DNA of 64,000 nt from Burkholderiales bacterium (GCA_049651845.1 JBASCW010000052.1:19667-83666); one strand, 5' to 3'; shown: positions 20,606 to 30,075, counted from the stretch's first letter. Numbers and translations are program-made. The notes: a model not told the origin generated them from the letters alone.

Positions 20606-21414
20606 GCGCGCCGGATTCCGCGCTGCTGTCGCTCAACACCGCGACCGTCAAGGCGCAGTGGACGCTGGCGCAGGCGATCGACGGCTGCGCGCGCCACGGC
20701 ATCCGCGGCATCTCGCCCTGGCGCGACAAGCTCGCCGAGCTGGGTTTGAAAAAAGCGGTTTCTCTCATAAGAACCCATGACTTGACCGTGACCGGCCTGT
20801 GCCGCGGCGGCTTCTTCACCGCCAAAGACTGGCGCGACGACAACCGGCGCGCGATCGAGGAAGCGCACGCGCTCGAGGCCGATTGCCTGGTGCTGGTTGT
20901 CGGTGGTCTTCCGGAAGGTTCAAAAGACTTGAGCAAAGCCAGGGAAAGGATCGAGGAATCCATTTCGATGATTCTTCCCGAAGCGCGCGCGGCCGGCGTG
21001 CCGCTCGCGATCGAGCCGCTGCATCCGATGCAGGCCGCGGAGCGCGCCTGCGTCAACACGCTCGAGCACGCGCTCGATATCTGCGATGCGCTTGGCGACG
21101 GCATCGGGGTAGCGGTGGACGTCTATCACGTCTGGTGGGATCCGAAGCTCGAGGAACAGATCGCGCGCGCGGGCAGGCAGCGCATCCTCGCGTACCACAT
21201 CTGCGACTGGCGGGTGCCTACGCGCGACCTGCTCAACGACCGCGGCATGATGGGCGACGGCGTCATCGACCTGCCGCGCATCCGCACCTGGGTCGAAGCT
21301 GCGGGCTACGCGGGCATGCACGAAGTCGAGATCTTCTCGGAGCTCGACTGGTGGCGGCGCGATCCCGACGAGGTCCTGAGAACCTGCAAGCTACGGCATC
21401 AGGCGTGCTGCTGA
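20602..21414 (+). CDS. Sugar phosphate isomerase/epimerase (xylose-isomerase-like TIM barrel), second copy in the operon
   Basis: GTG at 20602 overlaps the dctM stop. Has LSLNTATVKAQW..., GISPWRD, LAIEPLHP and VDVYHVWWDP. Confidence 0.8.
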   Translation: MSAPDSALLSLNTATVKAQWTLAQAIDGCARHGIRGISPWRDKLAELGLKKAVSLIRTHDLTVTGLCRGGFFTAKDWRDDNRRAIEEAHALEADCLVLVVGGLPEGSKDLSKARERIEESISMILPEARAAGVPLAIEPLHPMQAAERACVNTLEHALDICDALGDGIGVAVDVYHVWWDPKLEEQIARAGRQRILAYHICDWRVPTRDLLNDRGMMGDGVIDLPRIRTWVEAAGYAGMHEVEIFSELDWWRRDPDEVLRTCKLRHQACC

Positions 21415-21441
21415 AAAATCAGATGCTCTAGACTGCGCCGC

Positions 21442-21942
21442 ATGCCTGCACCGGCCGCGATCCGATCGGCGATATTGCTGGCGGCATGCCTCATGCTGCC
21501 GGGCGCGGCCGCCGCGCAATCGGCGCCGCCGTTGCTGGAATCCTACGGGCGCGTCGCGACGCTCCTGAACTATATGTCCGTCTACGTCGCCGAGTCGCTG
21601 CTCGCTTGCGCGGAGAAGAACGTGCTCACCGAGGAGCAGACGGAGGTGCGCTACGCGGCGTACCGCAAGCGCAACGCCGCGCTGCTCGAGCGCGCCGAGA
21701 CCTGGAGCCAGCAGGCGGAGAAGCGGTTGCAGGCGCAGGGCGAGGAGCGCGCCGCGCAGCGCGTCGCGGAGGAAGCCGGCCTGAGCGCGATGGCGGCCGC
21801 CTCCGCGCGCGCGCAGGCCATGATCGGCAAGGCCGGCGACGCGCGCGCAGCCTGCGCGGAGATCCTTGCGGCGATCGAGGCCGGCCGCTACGACCTCTCG
21901 GGCAACGCCGAATTCGTCGACCTGCTGAAGGTGAACCCGTGA
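21442..21942 (+). CDS. Hypothetical secreted protein
   Basis: Has a signal peptide (AILLAACLMLPGAAAAQS). The body is helical and Ala/Glu-rich. I recognise no family. Confidence 0.5.
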   Translation: MPAPAAIRSAILLAACLMLPGAAAAQSAPPLLESYGRVATLLNYMSVYVAESLLACAEKNVLTEEQTEVRYAAYRKRNAALLERAETWSQQAEKRLQAQGEERAAQRVAEEAGLSAMAAASARAQAMIGKAGDARAACAEILAAIEAGRYDLSGNAEFVDLLKVNP

Positions 21943-22868
21943 AGATCCTCATGACCGGCGCCTCGGGCTACATCGGCGGCAGCGTGGCCGATTTGCTGAT
22001 CGAGGCCGGTCACGCGATCACCGGGCTCGCCCGCACCGAGGCCGCGGCGGCCAGGCTTCGCGAGCACGGCATCGATGCGGTGCGCGGTGACCTGAGCAGC
22101 CACGGCATCGTCAGGAACGCGGCGCGCGCGGCGGAGGCCGTCATCAACTGCGCCAACGCCGAGGACCCGTTCGTCGTCGCAGCCGTCCTCGAGGGGCTCG
22201 CAGGCTCGGGCAAGGCGTTCCTGCACACCAGCGGCTCGAGCGTGATCGGCGACAAGGCCGCCGGCAAGCGCTCGCCCACGATCTATCGCGAGGACACGCC
22301 GCACGAGCCGCTGCCGGAGAAGATCCAGCGCCACGCGGTGCAGGGCAGGGTGCTTGTGGCGGCCGGGCAGGGCGTGCGCTCGACGGTGCTTTGTCCCTGC
22401 CTGATCTACGGCCAGGGCCGGGGGGCGAACCCGGACAGCATCCAGGTGCCGAGCCTGATCCGCCAGGCAGTGAAAAGCGGCATCCCGCGCTATATCGGCG
22501 AGGGCGAGAACGTCTGGTCGACGGTCCACATCGACGACGTCGCCGGCGCCTATCTGCTCGCGCTCGAGCGCGCGCCAGCGGGCTCGTTCTACTTCATCGA
22601 GAACGGCGAGGCGAGCCTGAGGTCGATCGTCGAGTCGATCGCGCGCTTGCTCGGCGGCAAGGCCGCGCAGGGCTGGGACATCGATGCCGCGATCGCCGAG
22701 TGGGGCCCGCAGTCGGCGTGGTTCTCGCTCGGCGGCAACAGCCGCGTGAACGCCGACAAGGCACGCCGCGAGCTGGGCTGGAAGCCGCGGGGCGCGAGCC
22801 TCTTCGACGAGATCGAGCGCGGCTGGTACCGGCGCCAGCTCGACGCTGGCGCCTACGCGCCGCGCTAG
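21939..22868 (+). CDS. NAD-dependent epimerase/dehydratase-family SDR
   Basis: GTG overlaps the upstream stop. KILMTGASGYIGGSV is the Rossmann motif of an extended SDR. Confidence 0.8.
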   Translation: MKILMTGASGYIGGSVADLLIEAGHAITGLARTEAAAARLREHGIDAVRGDLSSHGIVRNAARAAEAVINCANAEDPFVVAAVLEGLAGSGKAFLHTSGSSVIGDKAAGKRSPTIYREDTPHEPLPEKIQRHAVQGRVLVAAGQGVRSTVLCPCLIYGQGRGANPDSIQVPSLIRQAVKSGIPRYIGEGENVWSTVHIDDVAGAYLLALERAPAGSFYFIENGEASLRSIVESIARLLGGKAAQGWDIDAAIAEWGPQSAWFSLGGNSRVNADKARRELGWKPRGASLFDEIERGWYRRQLDAGAYAPR

Positions 22869-22919
22869 TACTTGACGAAGATCAAGCAAGCCGGCCGTCC
22901 TTCGTCTAAGCTGGCCGCG

Positions 22920-23597
22920 ATGAAAGCCGCCGACATCATGGCGAAGGAAGTTGTCGCGGTGCGCCCGGAGGATTCGACGCGCGAGGTTGCGCTGCTGATG
23001 GTCGAGCGGCGCATCAGTGGCGTGCCGGTGGTCGATGCGGAGGGGCGGGTGCTTGGCGTCGTGAGCGAGGGCGATTTTCTCCGGCGGCCCGAGCTCGATA
23101 CCGACCGGCCGAGCAGCGGCTGGCTGAGTTTTTTCCTTTCGGAGGAGGATCGTGCGCGCGGCTTCGTCAAGTCTCACGGACTCAAGGCCCGGGACGTGAT
23201 GACGCGGCCGGCGGTCTGCGTCGCTCCGGAAGCGCCGCTCGCGGAGGTGGTGCGGTTGATGGAACGGGGCAAGGTGAAGCGCCTGCCGGTCGTCGCCGAC
23301 GGCAAGCTGGTCGGCATCGTCACGCGTGCCGATCTGCTGCGTGCTTTCGCCATGCAACCGGCCTCCCCGCCCGTCGCGTCGACGGATCAGGAGTTGCGCG
23401 ATCGGATTGCGGCGTTGCTGCGCGACCAGGATTGGACCGCGAGCGCCATGGTCAACGTCGAGGTCGAGGCCGGCGTGGTGAGTATCTGGGGAACGGTGGA
23501 ATCCGCTGCGCAGCGAGACGCGCTCATGCTCGCGGTGCGGGGCGTGCCCGGCGTGAAGGAAGTGGTGCCGCACCTGGGCCGGACGATGGCGGGCTGA
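22920..23597 (+). CDS. CBS-pair plus BON domain protein
   Basis: Two CBS modules are present (ISGVPVVDAEGRVLGVVSEGD and VKRLPVVADGKLVGIVTRADL). The C-terminus is BON-like (VNVEVEAGVVSIWGTVES..RDALMLAVRGVPGVKEV). The ORF could start at TTG 22872. Confidence 0.8.
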   Translation: MKAADIMAKEVVAVRPEDSTREVALLMVERRISGVPVVDAEGRVLGVVSEGDFLRRPELDTDRPSSGWLSFFLSEEDRARGFVKSHGLKARDVMTRPAVCVAPEAPLAEVVRLMERGKVKRLPVVADGKLVGIVTRADLLRAFAMQPASPPVASTDQELRDRIAALLRDQDWTASAMVNVEVEAGVVSIWGTVESAAQRDALMLAVRGVPGVKEVVPHLGRTMAG

Positions 23598-23598
23598 G

Positions 23599-24159
23599 TC
23601 AGCGCGGGCGCGCAGGTACGATCCAGAGCAGGATCGGGTGCCCGCCGCTCTGCGCGGTGCGTTGCGGCGGCCAGTCGCCGAGGTCGAAGCGGTGCGACAC
23701 GATGCGCGCGCCGGGCTTGAGCTCGGCGAGCAATTTCGCCTTCAGCCGCCGGTTCATCTCGGGAAACAGGAACAGCGTCACCACCGTCGCTTCGCCAAGG
23801 TCCGCGCCGAACAGGTCCTGTTGGCGGAAATCGACCCTGTGCGCGACGCCGGCCTCGCGCGCGTTGCAGCGCGCGAGCGCGACCAGTCGCGCGTCGAGCT
23901 CGATGCCGACGCCGCGCGCGCCGTAGTCGCGCGCCGCGGCGATCGGAATGCGGCCGTCGCCCGAGCCCAGGTCGTAGACCACGTCGGCAGGCGACACGCC
24001 GGCGAGGCGCAGCATCGCCGCCACTACCGGAGCGGGCGTGGGCAAGTGCAGCAGGTCGGCCTCGTGCGCTTGGGCGGCGTAGGGCTCGCGCGGCTCGGCG
24101 CATTGCGCGCTCGCCGCCGCTACCAGCACGAACGCTGCCAGCATGCAAAATACGCGCAT
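23599..24159 (-). CDS. Class I SAM-dependent methyltransferase with N-terminal hydrophobic segment
   Basis: SAM motif I is VVYDLGSGDGRIPIAAA and GVGIELD is the acidic loop. The N-terminal MRVFCMLAAFVLVAAASAQC looks like a signal peptide or membrane anchor. Confidence 0.75.
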   Translation of the reverse strand: MRVFCMLAAFVLVAAASAQCAEPREPYAAQAHEADLLHLPTPAPVVAAMLRLAGVSPADVVYDLGSGDGRIPIAAARDYGARGVGIELDARLVALARCNAREAGVAHRVDFRQQDLFGADLGEATVVTLFLFPEMNRRLKAKLLAELKPGARIVSHRFDLGDWPPQRTAQSGGHPILLWIVPARPR

Positions 24160-25027
24160 GGCCGGAGACTATCCCATAGTGGATGCGCACCAGCATTTCT
24201 GGGATACGCGCGCCAACTACCATCCCTGGTTGCGCGATGAGCCGCCGATCGCGTTCCGCTACGGCGACTACTCGGCGCTGCGCCGGCCGTACCTGCCCGC
24301 CGACTATCTTGCCGATGCGCGCGGGCACGAGGTGGTGAAGACGGTGTATGTCGAGACCGAGTGGAATCCGCGCGATCCCCTGGGTGAAACCGCGTGGGTC
24401 GATGCATTGCGGCGCGAAAGCGGATTTCCTACCGTGATGGTGGCGCAGGCGTGGCTCGACCGGGAGGACGCGAGCGCGGTGCTCGAGCGGCAGGCGGCGT
24501 ATCCGTTCGTGCGCGGCATCCGGCACAAGCCGCGGCCCGGCGCCATGCGCGATGCGCGCTGGCGCGCGGGCTATGCGCTGCTCGCGCGCCACGATCTTCG
24601 CTTCGACCTGCAATCGTCCTGGCGCGAGCTCGCCGATGCCGCCGCGCTCTGCCACGCGTTTCCCGGCACGCCGCTGATCCTCAACCACACCGGACTGCCC
24701 ACCGATCGGAGTCCGCGGGGGTTGGCCGGCTGGAAGCAGGCGCTGCGCGGGCTCGCCGCCTGCCCGAACGCCGCGATCAAGATCTCCGGCATTTGCGTGC
24801 CCGGCGCGCGCTGGACGCCCGGGCTCAATCGCGAGGTGGTCCTTGCGGCAATCGATGTTTTCGGCGCCGAGCGCGCGATGTTCGCCAGCAATTTCCCCGT
24901 CGACGGGCTGTTGGCCAGCTTCGACGAGATCTATTCCGGCTTTCGCGCGATCGCGGCGGAATTCACGGCATCCGAGCGGCGCGCGCTTTTCCACGACAAT
25001 GCGGTTCGCATCTACGCCATGGAGTGA
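24158..25027 (+). CDS. Amidohydrolase-2 family metal-dependent hydrolase (lactonase-like, COG3618 type)
   Basis: Has IVDAHQHFWD, LNHTG and the FASNFPVD signature. An alternative ATG lies at 24143. Confidence 0.8.
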   Translation: MAGDYPIVDAHQHFWDTRANYHPWLRDEPPIAFRYGDYSALRRPYLPADYLADARGHEVVKTVYVETEWNPRDPLGETAWVDALRRESGFPTVMVAQAWLDREDASAVLERQAAYPFVRGIRHKPRPGAMRDARWRAGYALLARHDLRFDLQSSWRELADAAALCHAFPGTPLILNHTGLPTDRSPRGLAGWKQALRGLAACPNAAIKISGICVPGARWTPGLNREVVLAAIDVFGAERAMFASNFPVDGLLASFDEIYSGFRAIAAEFTASERRALFHDNAVRIYAME

Positions 25028-25029
25028 GC

Positions 25030-25917
25030 ATGCCCAGCAAAGCAAGCATCGGTTACGCCGGCGTCGGCCTGATGGGCCTGCCGATGGTGAAGCGCCTCCT
25101 GTCGCTCGGCTATCCGGTCAGGGCGTTCGACATCGTTGCCGCGAAGGTCACCGACGCAGGAGCGGTGCCGGCCACGTCGGCCGCCGACGCCGCGACAGGC
25201 GCGGAGTTCGTGCTGCTCAATTTGCCGACCACCGAAGCGGTGGAGCAGGCGGTGTTTGGCGAGACGGGCGTCGCGTCCGCATTGCGGCCGCCGCAGCTCG
25301 TCGTCGACTTCTCCACCATCAAGGTCGAGAAATGCAAGGCGTTCGCGCGCAAGCTGCGCGCGGCAACCGGCTGCGGCTGGATCGATGCTCCGGTCTCGGG
25401 CGGTCCGCCCGCCTCGGGGACCGGCACGCTCACCGTCATGGCCGGCGGCGAGCCTGCCGACATCGAGCGCGCGCGGCCGCTCTTCGCCGACATCGCCGGC
25501 CGGTTCACCCACATGGGGCCGGCGGGTGCCGGCATGGTCGCGAAGATGCTGAACCAGCTCATCGTCGGTTGCGGCCACGCGGTCATGGCTGAGGCGGTGA
25601 TTCTCGCCGAAGCCGCGGGCATCGATGCCGCGCGGCTGCCCGAGTGCCTGGCCGGGGGGCACGCCGACGGCTCGCTGCTGCAGAACCTGTACCCGCGCAT
25701 GCAGCGGCGGGATTTCCGTCCGCTGGGCTACTCACGCCAGCTGCTGAAGGACCTTGAAATGGTGCACGAGTATGCCGCGGCCCTGAAAGCGCCAACCCCC
25801 ATGATGGGCGAGGCTCTGTCGCTATACCGCATGCTGGTCCACCAAGGACACGCCGAGCTGGACACTGGAGCGCTCGTCAGGCTCTACGACCCCGCTGCGC
25901 CAACGGCAGCAACGTGA
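25030..25917 (+). CDS. NAD(P)-dependent 3-hydroxyacid dehydrogenase (3-hydroxyisobutyrate / tartronate semialdehyde reductase family)
   Basis: Has IGYAGVGLMGLPMVKRL, DAPVSGG, and MVAKMLNQL, whose Lys is the family's catalytic-Lys position. Confidence 0.85.
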   Translation: MPSKASIGYAGVGLMGLPMVKRLLSLGYPVRAFDIVAAKVTDAGAVPATSAADAATGAEFVLLNLPTTEAVEQAVFGETGVASALRPPQLVVDFSTIKVEKCKAFARKLRAATGCGWIDAPVSGGPPASGTGTLTVMAGGEPADIERARPLFADIAGRFTHMGPAGAGMVAKMLNQLIVGCGHAVMAEAVILAEAAGIDAARLPECLAGGHADGSLLQNLYPRMQRRDFRPLGYSRQLLKDLEMVHEYAAALKAPTPMMGEALSLYRMLVHQGHAELDTGALVRLYDPAAPTAAT

Positions 25918-26024
25918 TGCATTCTGCGTCGATCGGGGCGGCCTGCTGCACAGCAGCAGAAACGCGACGCGATACGACCCGATTCAATTCGAACCAAGCC
26001 CTTGCACAGCGCAATGGATTGAGG

Positions 26025-26054
26025 TTGTGAGTTCACCGTTTGGTGAATTAGTAT
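26025..26054 (+). promoter_or_regulatory. Candidate sigma-70 promoter TTGTGA-N18-TAGTAT with an embedded palindrome TTCACC-gttt-GGTGAA
   Basis: Read directly in the only long (218 nt), lower-GC intergenic region of the window, about 80 nt upstream of the TRAP receptor ATG. The palindrome is at 26032-26047. Confidence 0.3.
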
Positions 26055-26135
26055 CCGATCGGACGCGCAAGGAGGCGCGGACCGGGACCTCGGCCAGACG
26101 CGGACGATCCCGGCAACCAAACGGAGGAGGGATCG

Positions 26136-27245
26136 ATGAGCACCAGAAATTCCACGAAGTGGACGACGGTTGCGTTGGCCGTGGCGGGAGCCTTGGCTGT
26201 CAACGCCGCGCAGGCGCAGCAGCCGAAGGTGAACTGGAAGTTGCAGAGCGCGTTTGGCAGTTCGCTCACGCACCTCGGGGTCTCAGCGACGCGGTTCGTC
26301 AAGGACGTCGAGGAAATGACGGACGGCAACTTCGTCATCAAGTTCCACGAGCCCGGTGCGTTGGTGCCGGTGCTGGAATGCTTCGATGCCGCTTCCAAGG
26401 GCTCGGTGGATGCCTGCTGGTCGCCGGCGGGCAACTATGCCGGCAAGTACGCGGCGTTGTCGTTCTTTACTGCGGTGCCCTTCGGTCCGGGCTACGGCGA
26501 GTTCATGGCCTGGAAGATTTTCGGCAACGGTAACAAGCTGCGCGACGAGATCTATGCCAAGCATGACCTGATCGCGTTCGACGCGCTGGCGATCGGCCCC
26601 GAGACCTCGGGCTGGTTCCGCCGCGAGATCAAGTCGATGGACCAGATCAAGGGGCTCAAGATGCGCTTCTTCGGCCTGGGCGCGAAGGTGATGCAGAAGC
26701 TCGGGGTCTCGACCCAGATGCTGGCGGCCTCGGACATCTTTCCGGCGCTGGAGCGCGGCGTGATCGACGCCACCGAGTTCTCCATGCCCGCCATGGACAT
26801 CAAGCTGGGTTTCCACCAGGTGGCGAAGTTCAACTACTTCCCGGGCTGGCACCAGTCGGTGTCGATGACCGAGATCATGATGAACAAGAAGGTCTTCGAC
26901 TCGCTGCCCAAGTCCTACAAGAAAATCATCGAGGTCGCGGCGGGCAACCAGCTTTCCTACACCTACGCGGAAACGGAAGCGACGCAATTCGGCGTCATGG
27001 CCGAGATGCGGGACAAGCACAAGGTGCAGGTCAAGCGCTGGAAGGACAGCGAACTCGCCATTTTCGAGAAGGCCTGGCTGGATGTGATCGCGGAAGAATC
27101 CGCGAAAGACCCGCTGTTCAAGCGGATCGCCGACGACTACCTGGCCTTCCGGAAGAACTACGCGATCTGGGGTGACGCGCAGTTCATGAAGCCGACCTAT
27201 CTCGCCCCCAAGCCCGCAGCGCAGCCTGCGGCGGCGAAGAAGTAA
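26136..27245 (+). CDS. TRAP transporter substrate-binding protein (COG4663 / FcbT1-like subgroup)
   Basis: Has a signal peptide and a body that is DctP-superfamily along its length (VNWKLQSAFGSSLTHLG..., GPETSGWFRREI, GFHQVAKFNYFPGWHQ). Confidence 0.85.
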   Translation: MSTRNSTKWTTVALAVAGALAVNAAQAQQPKVNWKLQSAFGSSLTHLGVSATRFVKDVEEMTDGNFVIKFHEPGALVPVLECFDAASKGSVDACWSPAGNYAGKYAALSFFTAVPFGPGYGEFMAWKIFGNGNKLRDEIYAKHDLIAFDALAIGPETSGWFRREIKSMDQIKGLKMRFFGLGAKVMQKLGVSTQMLAASDIFPALERGVIDATEFSMPAMDIKLGFHQVAKFNYFPGWHQSVSMTEIMMNKKVFDSLPKSYKKIIEVAAGNQLSYTYAETEATQFGVMAEMRDKHKVQVKRWKDSELAIFEKAWLDVIAEESAKDPLFKRIADDYLAFRKNYAIWGDAQFMKPTYLAPKPAAQPAAAKK

Positions 27246-27258
27246 TTGATGACGTTTC

Positions 27259-27307
27259 GGCGCCAGCGGCCGTGCCCTAGGCACGGTGCTGGCGCCGTGC
27301 TTGTTTT
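27259..27307 (+). terminator. Long hairpin plus T-rich tail after the receptor gene (attenuator)
   Basis: GGCGCCAGC..CCGTGCC-cta-GGCACGG..GCTGGCGCC is followed by gtgcttgtttt, between the receptor and permease genes. Confidence 0.45.
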
Positions 27308-27319
27308 GGGGAAGCTCTG

Positions 27320-28816
27320 ATGGAATTCTTGGTCAAACTGGGAAGCCGGCTCGGCAATCGCTACGTCGTGGCGATCGGCCTGATCCTGCTGCTTGGCTTC
27401 GGCTACGCCTACGTGACCGGGCTCCAGCCTGCGGCGCGCGCCGACTTGCTCGTCAAGGCGCGCGCGCTGCTGCCGATGTTCATGTTTCTTACGCTCGGGA
27501 TACTGCTGTTTTCCGGCTACCCGGTGGCGTTCATCCTCGGGGGCCTCGCGCTGATCTTCGGCCTGCTCGGCTTCCTGCTCGGCTCGTTCAAGATGGTGCA
27601 TTTCTTCAATTTCGTGCCGCGCATCTGGGGCCAGGCGGCCGAGAACCTGGTGCTGGTGGCGATCCCCACCTTCATCTTCATGGGCGTGATGATGGAGCGC
27701 AGCGGCATCGCCCAAGACCTGCTGTATTGCGTGCAGCTGATCCTGAAGCGCGTGCCGGGCGCACTCGCGCTCGGGGTCACCATCATGGGCACGATCCTCG
27801 CGGCGATGACCGGCATCATCGGCGCCTCGGTCACCATGATGACCGCGCTCGCCCTGCCCACCATGATCAAGCAGGGCTACAGCCACGCGCTGTCCTGTGG
27901 CACCATTGCGGCTGCGGGCACGCTGGGCATCCTCATTCCGCCCAGCATCATGCTGATCGTCATGTCCGACCTGCTCTCGGTCTCGGTCGGCAACATGTTC
28001 TCGGCGGCGATCATTCCGGGCCTCACGCTGGCGGCGATGTATATGTTGTTCATCTTCCTCGCCGCCAAGCTCAAGCCCTCGCTCGCGCCGCCCCTGCCGC
28101 CCGACCTGCTGACGGTGCCCAAAGGCAAGCTGGGTCCGCTGCTCTTCCGCGCCTTCTTCCCGCCGGTGTTCCTCATCGGCACCATCAAGCTTTCGATCCT
28201 GCTCGGCTGGGCGACGCCGAGCGAGGCGGGCGCGGTCGGCGCGGGCGGCGCGATCGTGCTCGCCGCGCTGTGGGGCCGGCTCAACTGGAAGATGATGAAC
28301 ACCGTCTGCCAGAGCGCGGCGCGCACCATCTCGATGGTGTTCTTCATCATCATCAGCGCGACCTGCTACGCGTTCGTCTACCGGCAGCTCGGCGGCGACG
28401 ACGTGGTCGAGCACTGGATCAAGGAAGCGGGCCTGGGGCCCTGGGGCTTCGTGATCCTGGTGATGGCGATCGTGTTCCTGCTCGGCTTCTTCCTCGACTG
28501 GATCGAGATCACCCTGATCGTGCTGCCGGTGTTCGCGCCGCTGATCGGGACGCTCGACTTCGGCGATCATGTGCCCAAGGCCGACGTCGTCTACTGGTTC
28601 CTGATCTGCCTGGCGGTCAACCTGCAGACCTCGTTCCTCACGCCGCCGTTCGGCTTTGCGCTCTTTTACCTGAAGGGCATCGCGCCGAAGGAAGTGAAAA
28701 TCCAGAGCATCTACCTCGGCATCGTTCCCTTCGTCATCATCCAGCTCATCGGCCTGATCCTCGTCATGGCGTACCCGCAGCTTGCGCTGTGGCTGATGCA
28801 CGTGAGTTACGATTGA
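27320..28816 (+). CDS. TRAP transporter large permease (DctM-like, COG4664 subgroup)
   Basis: 498-aa polytopic membrane protein that is DctM-like throughout. The operon order here is P-M-Q. Confidence 0.88.
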   Translation: MEFLVKLGSRLGNRYVVAIGLILLLGFGYAYVTGLQPAARADLLVKARALLPMFMFLTLGILLFSGYPVAFILGGLALIFGLLGFLLGSFKMVHFFNFVPRIWGQAAENLVLVAIPTFIFMGVMMERSGIAQDLLYCVQLILKRVPGALALGVTIMGTILAAMTGIIGASVTMMTALALPTMIKQGYSHALSCGTIAAAGTLGILIPPSIMLIVMSDLLSVSVGNMFSAAIIPGLTLAAMYMLFIFLAAKLKPSLAPPLPPDLLTVPKGKLGPLLFRAFFPPVFLIGTIKLSILLGWATPSEAGAVGAGGAIVLAALWGRLNWKMMNTVCQSAARTISMVFFIIISATCYAFVYRQLGGDDVVEHWIKEAGLGPWGFVILVMAIVFLLGFFLDWIEITLIVLPVFAPLIGTLDFGDHVPKADVVYWFLICLAVNLQTSFLTPPFGFALFYLKGIAPKEVKIQSIYLGIVPFVIIQLIGLILVMAYPQLALWLMHVSYD

Positions 28817-28818
28817 CC

Positions 28819-29613
28819 ATGCAGACCGATAAGAGCGGAACATCGACGGGCGAAATGCCGCGTGCAGTCCGGGTTGCCGCCCGGCTGCGGCGGTTGGTGG
28901 ATACCGTCGGCGGCTGGGGCGCCTGGCTGATCGTGCCGGTGGTGGTGATCACCTGCATCGACGTCATCGGCCGCAAGATCGGCTACGAGGACGAGGAAAC
29001 CGGCAGGATCTACCGCCTGCAGGGGTGGCTCGCGGACAACCTGGGCGCGTTCTTCCAGTCCACCATCCTGCAGGAACTGGAGTGGCATTTCCATGCCGCA
29101 CTGTTCGCGCTCGTGCTGGGCTATGGCGTGGTCTACAACACCCACGTGCGCATCGACCTGATCCGCGACAGCCTGGATTTCCGCAAGAAGGCGTGGCTGG
29201 AGTTCGTGGGGCTCACCTTCTTCATGATTCCGTATTGCGCGATCGTGATTTTTTTCGCCTTCGAATATACCTATGCGTCGTACATGATCAACGAGTCCTC
29301 GAACTCGACCGTCGGCCTGACTCACCGCTGGATCATCAAGAGCGTGTTCATCGTCGGCCTGCTGGTGGCGGTGATCTCCGGGATCGCCGCCTGGCTGCAG
29401 GTCGCGACCATCCTGTGGGGGCCGAAGGAGCTGCGCTTTCCGCTGATGACGCTCGATTGGCCCGAGGAGGACGCGAAGATCGAGGGCAAGACGCGCGTCA
29501 AGCTCGAGGACGAATACGGCCTGCGGCTGTCGGACCCGGCTGCACCCACCGACCCGACGCTCGCCGCCGCCCCGGACAAGGGCAAGGCGAAGGCGGCGGC
29601 GCCGCCAGCCTGA
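28819..29613 (+). CDS. TRAP transporter small permease (DctQ-like, COG4665 subgroup) with long hydrophilic C-tail
   Basis: ATG at 28819, 3 nt after the large-permease stop. Four TM segments are followed by an Ala/Pro/Lys-rich tail. Confidence 0.8.
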   Translation: MQTDKSGTSTGEMPRAVRVAARLRRLVDTVGGWGAWLIVPVVVITCIDVIGRKIGYEDEETGRIYRLQGWLADNLGAFFQSTILQELEWHFHAALFALVLGYGVVYNTHVRIDLIRDSLDFRKKAWLEFVGLTFFMIPYCAIVIFFAFEYTYASYMINESSNSTVGLTHRWIIKSVFIVGLLVAVISGIAAWLQVATILWGPKELRFPLMTLDWPEEDAKIEGKTRVKLEDEYGLRLSDPAAPTDPTLAAAPDKGKAKAAAPPA

Positions 29614-29622
29614 GTTTCACCG

Positions 29623-30075
29623 GTGGAGTCCGCGTGGGAAAAGCTCGTCAAGCGCTACGTCTGGAATGACGAGCGCACACCTTACTTCACGCGCGTTGCC
29701 AACCTCACCCGGCTGCAGGCGCACTACGAGCTGTTCGGCTACTCGCTGCTTGTCGGTGTGCTGTTCGCGGCGCTGTCCGTGGCGGCGCTGTCGAGCGCGT
29801 TGCCGCATGGCGACGCGCCGGGAGTTTCTCTCTACGCGTTCACGGTGTCTTGCGCAGCGGTACTGCTTGGCGCGACCCGGCATCCGTGGGCGGCAATCTG
29901 GTGCGCGGGCTCACCGCTTGCCCTGCTGGCGTACTTCGCTGTCTGGGGCTTCCATCCCAGCCTCGAGTTCGGCGACAAGGTTCTGCTGGTCGCGGGCGTA
30001 GTCGCCTGGCTGCTGTACTCGCCCCGGGTGGTGGCCGTGGCGCGCGCCTGGCAGGAACTCGCCGGACCCGACTGA
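29623..30075 (+). CDS. Hypothetical integral membrane protein
   Basis: 150 aa with a GTG start and about 4 hydrophobic helices. I recognise no family. Confidence 0.55.
   Translation: MESAWEKLVKRYVWNDERTPYFTRVANLTRLQAHYELFGYSLLVGVLFAALSVAALSSALPHGDAPGVSLYAFTVSCAAVLLGATRHPWAAIWCAGSPLALLAYFAVWGFHPSLEFGDKVLLVAGVVAWLLYSPRVVAVARAWQELAGPD

Noticed and set aside
25918-26024. ATTCGAACC (reverse complement of the tRNA T-loop consensus GGTTCGAAT) in the lower-GC intergenic region. I considered a tRNA gene or a tRNA-fragment att site.
   Set aside because: The flanking bases do not form a T-arm stem, and no acceptor or anticodon arms can be drawn. It is most likely a chance match.
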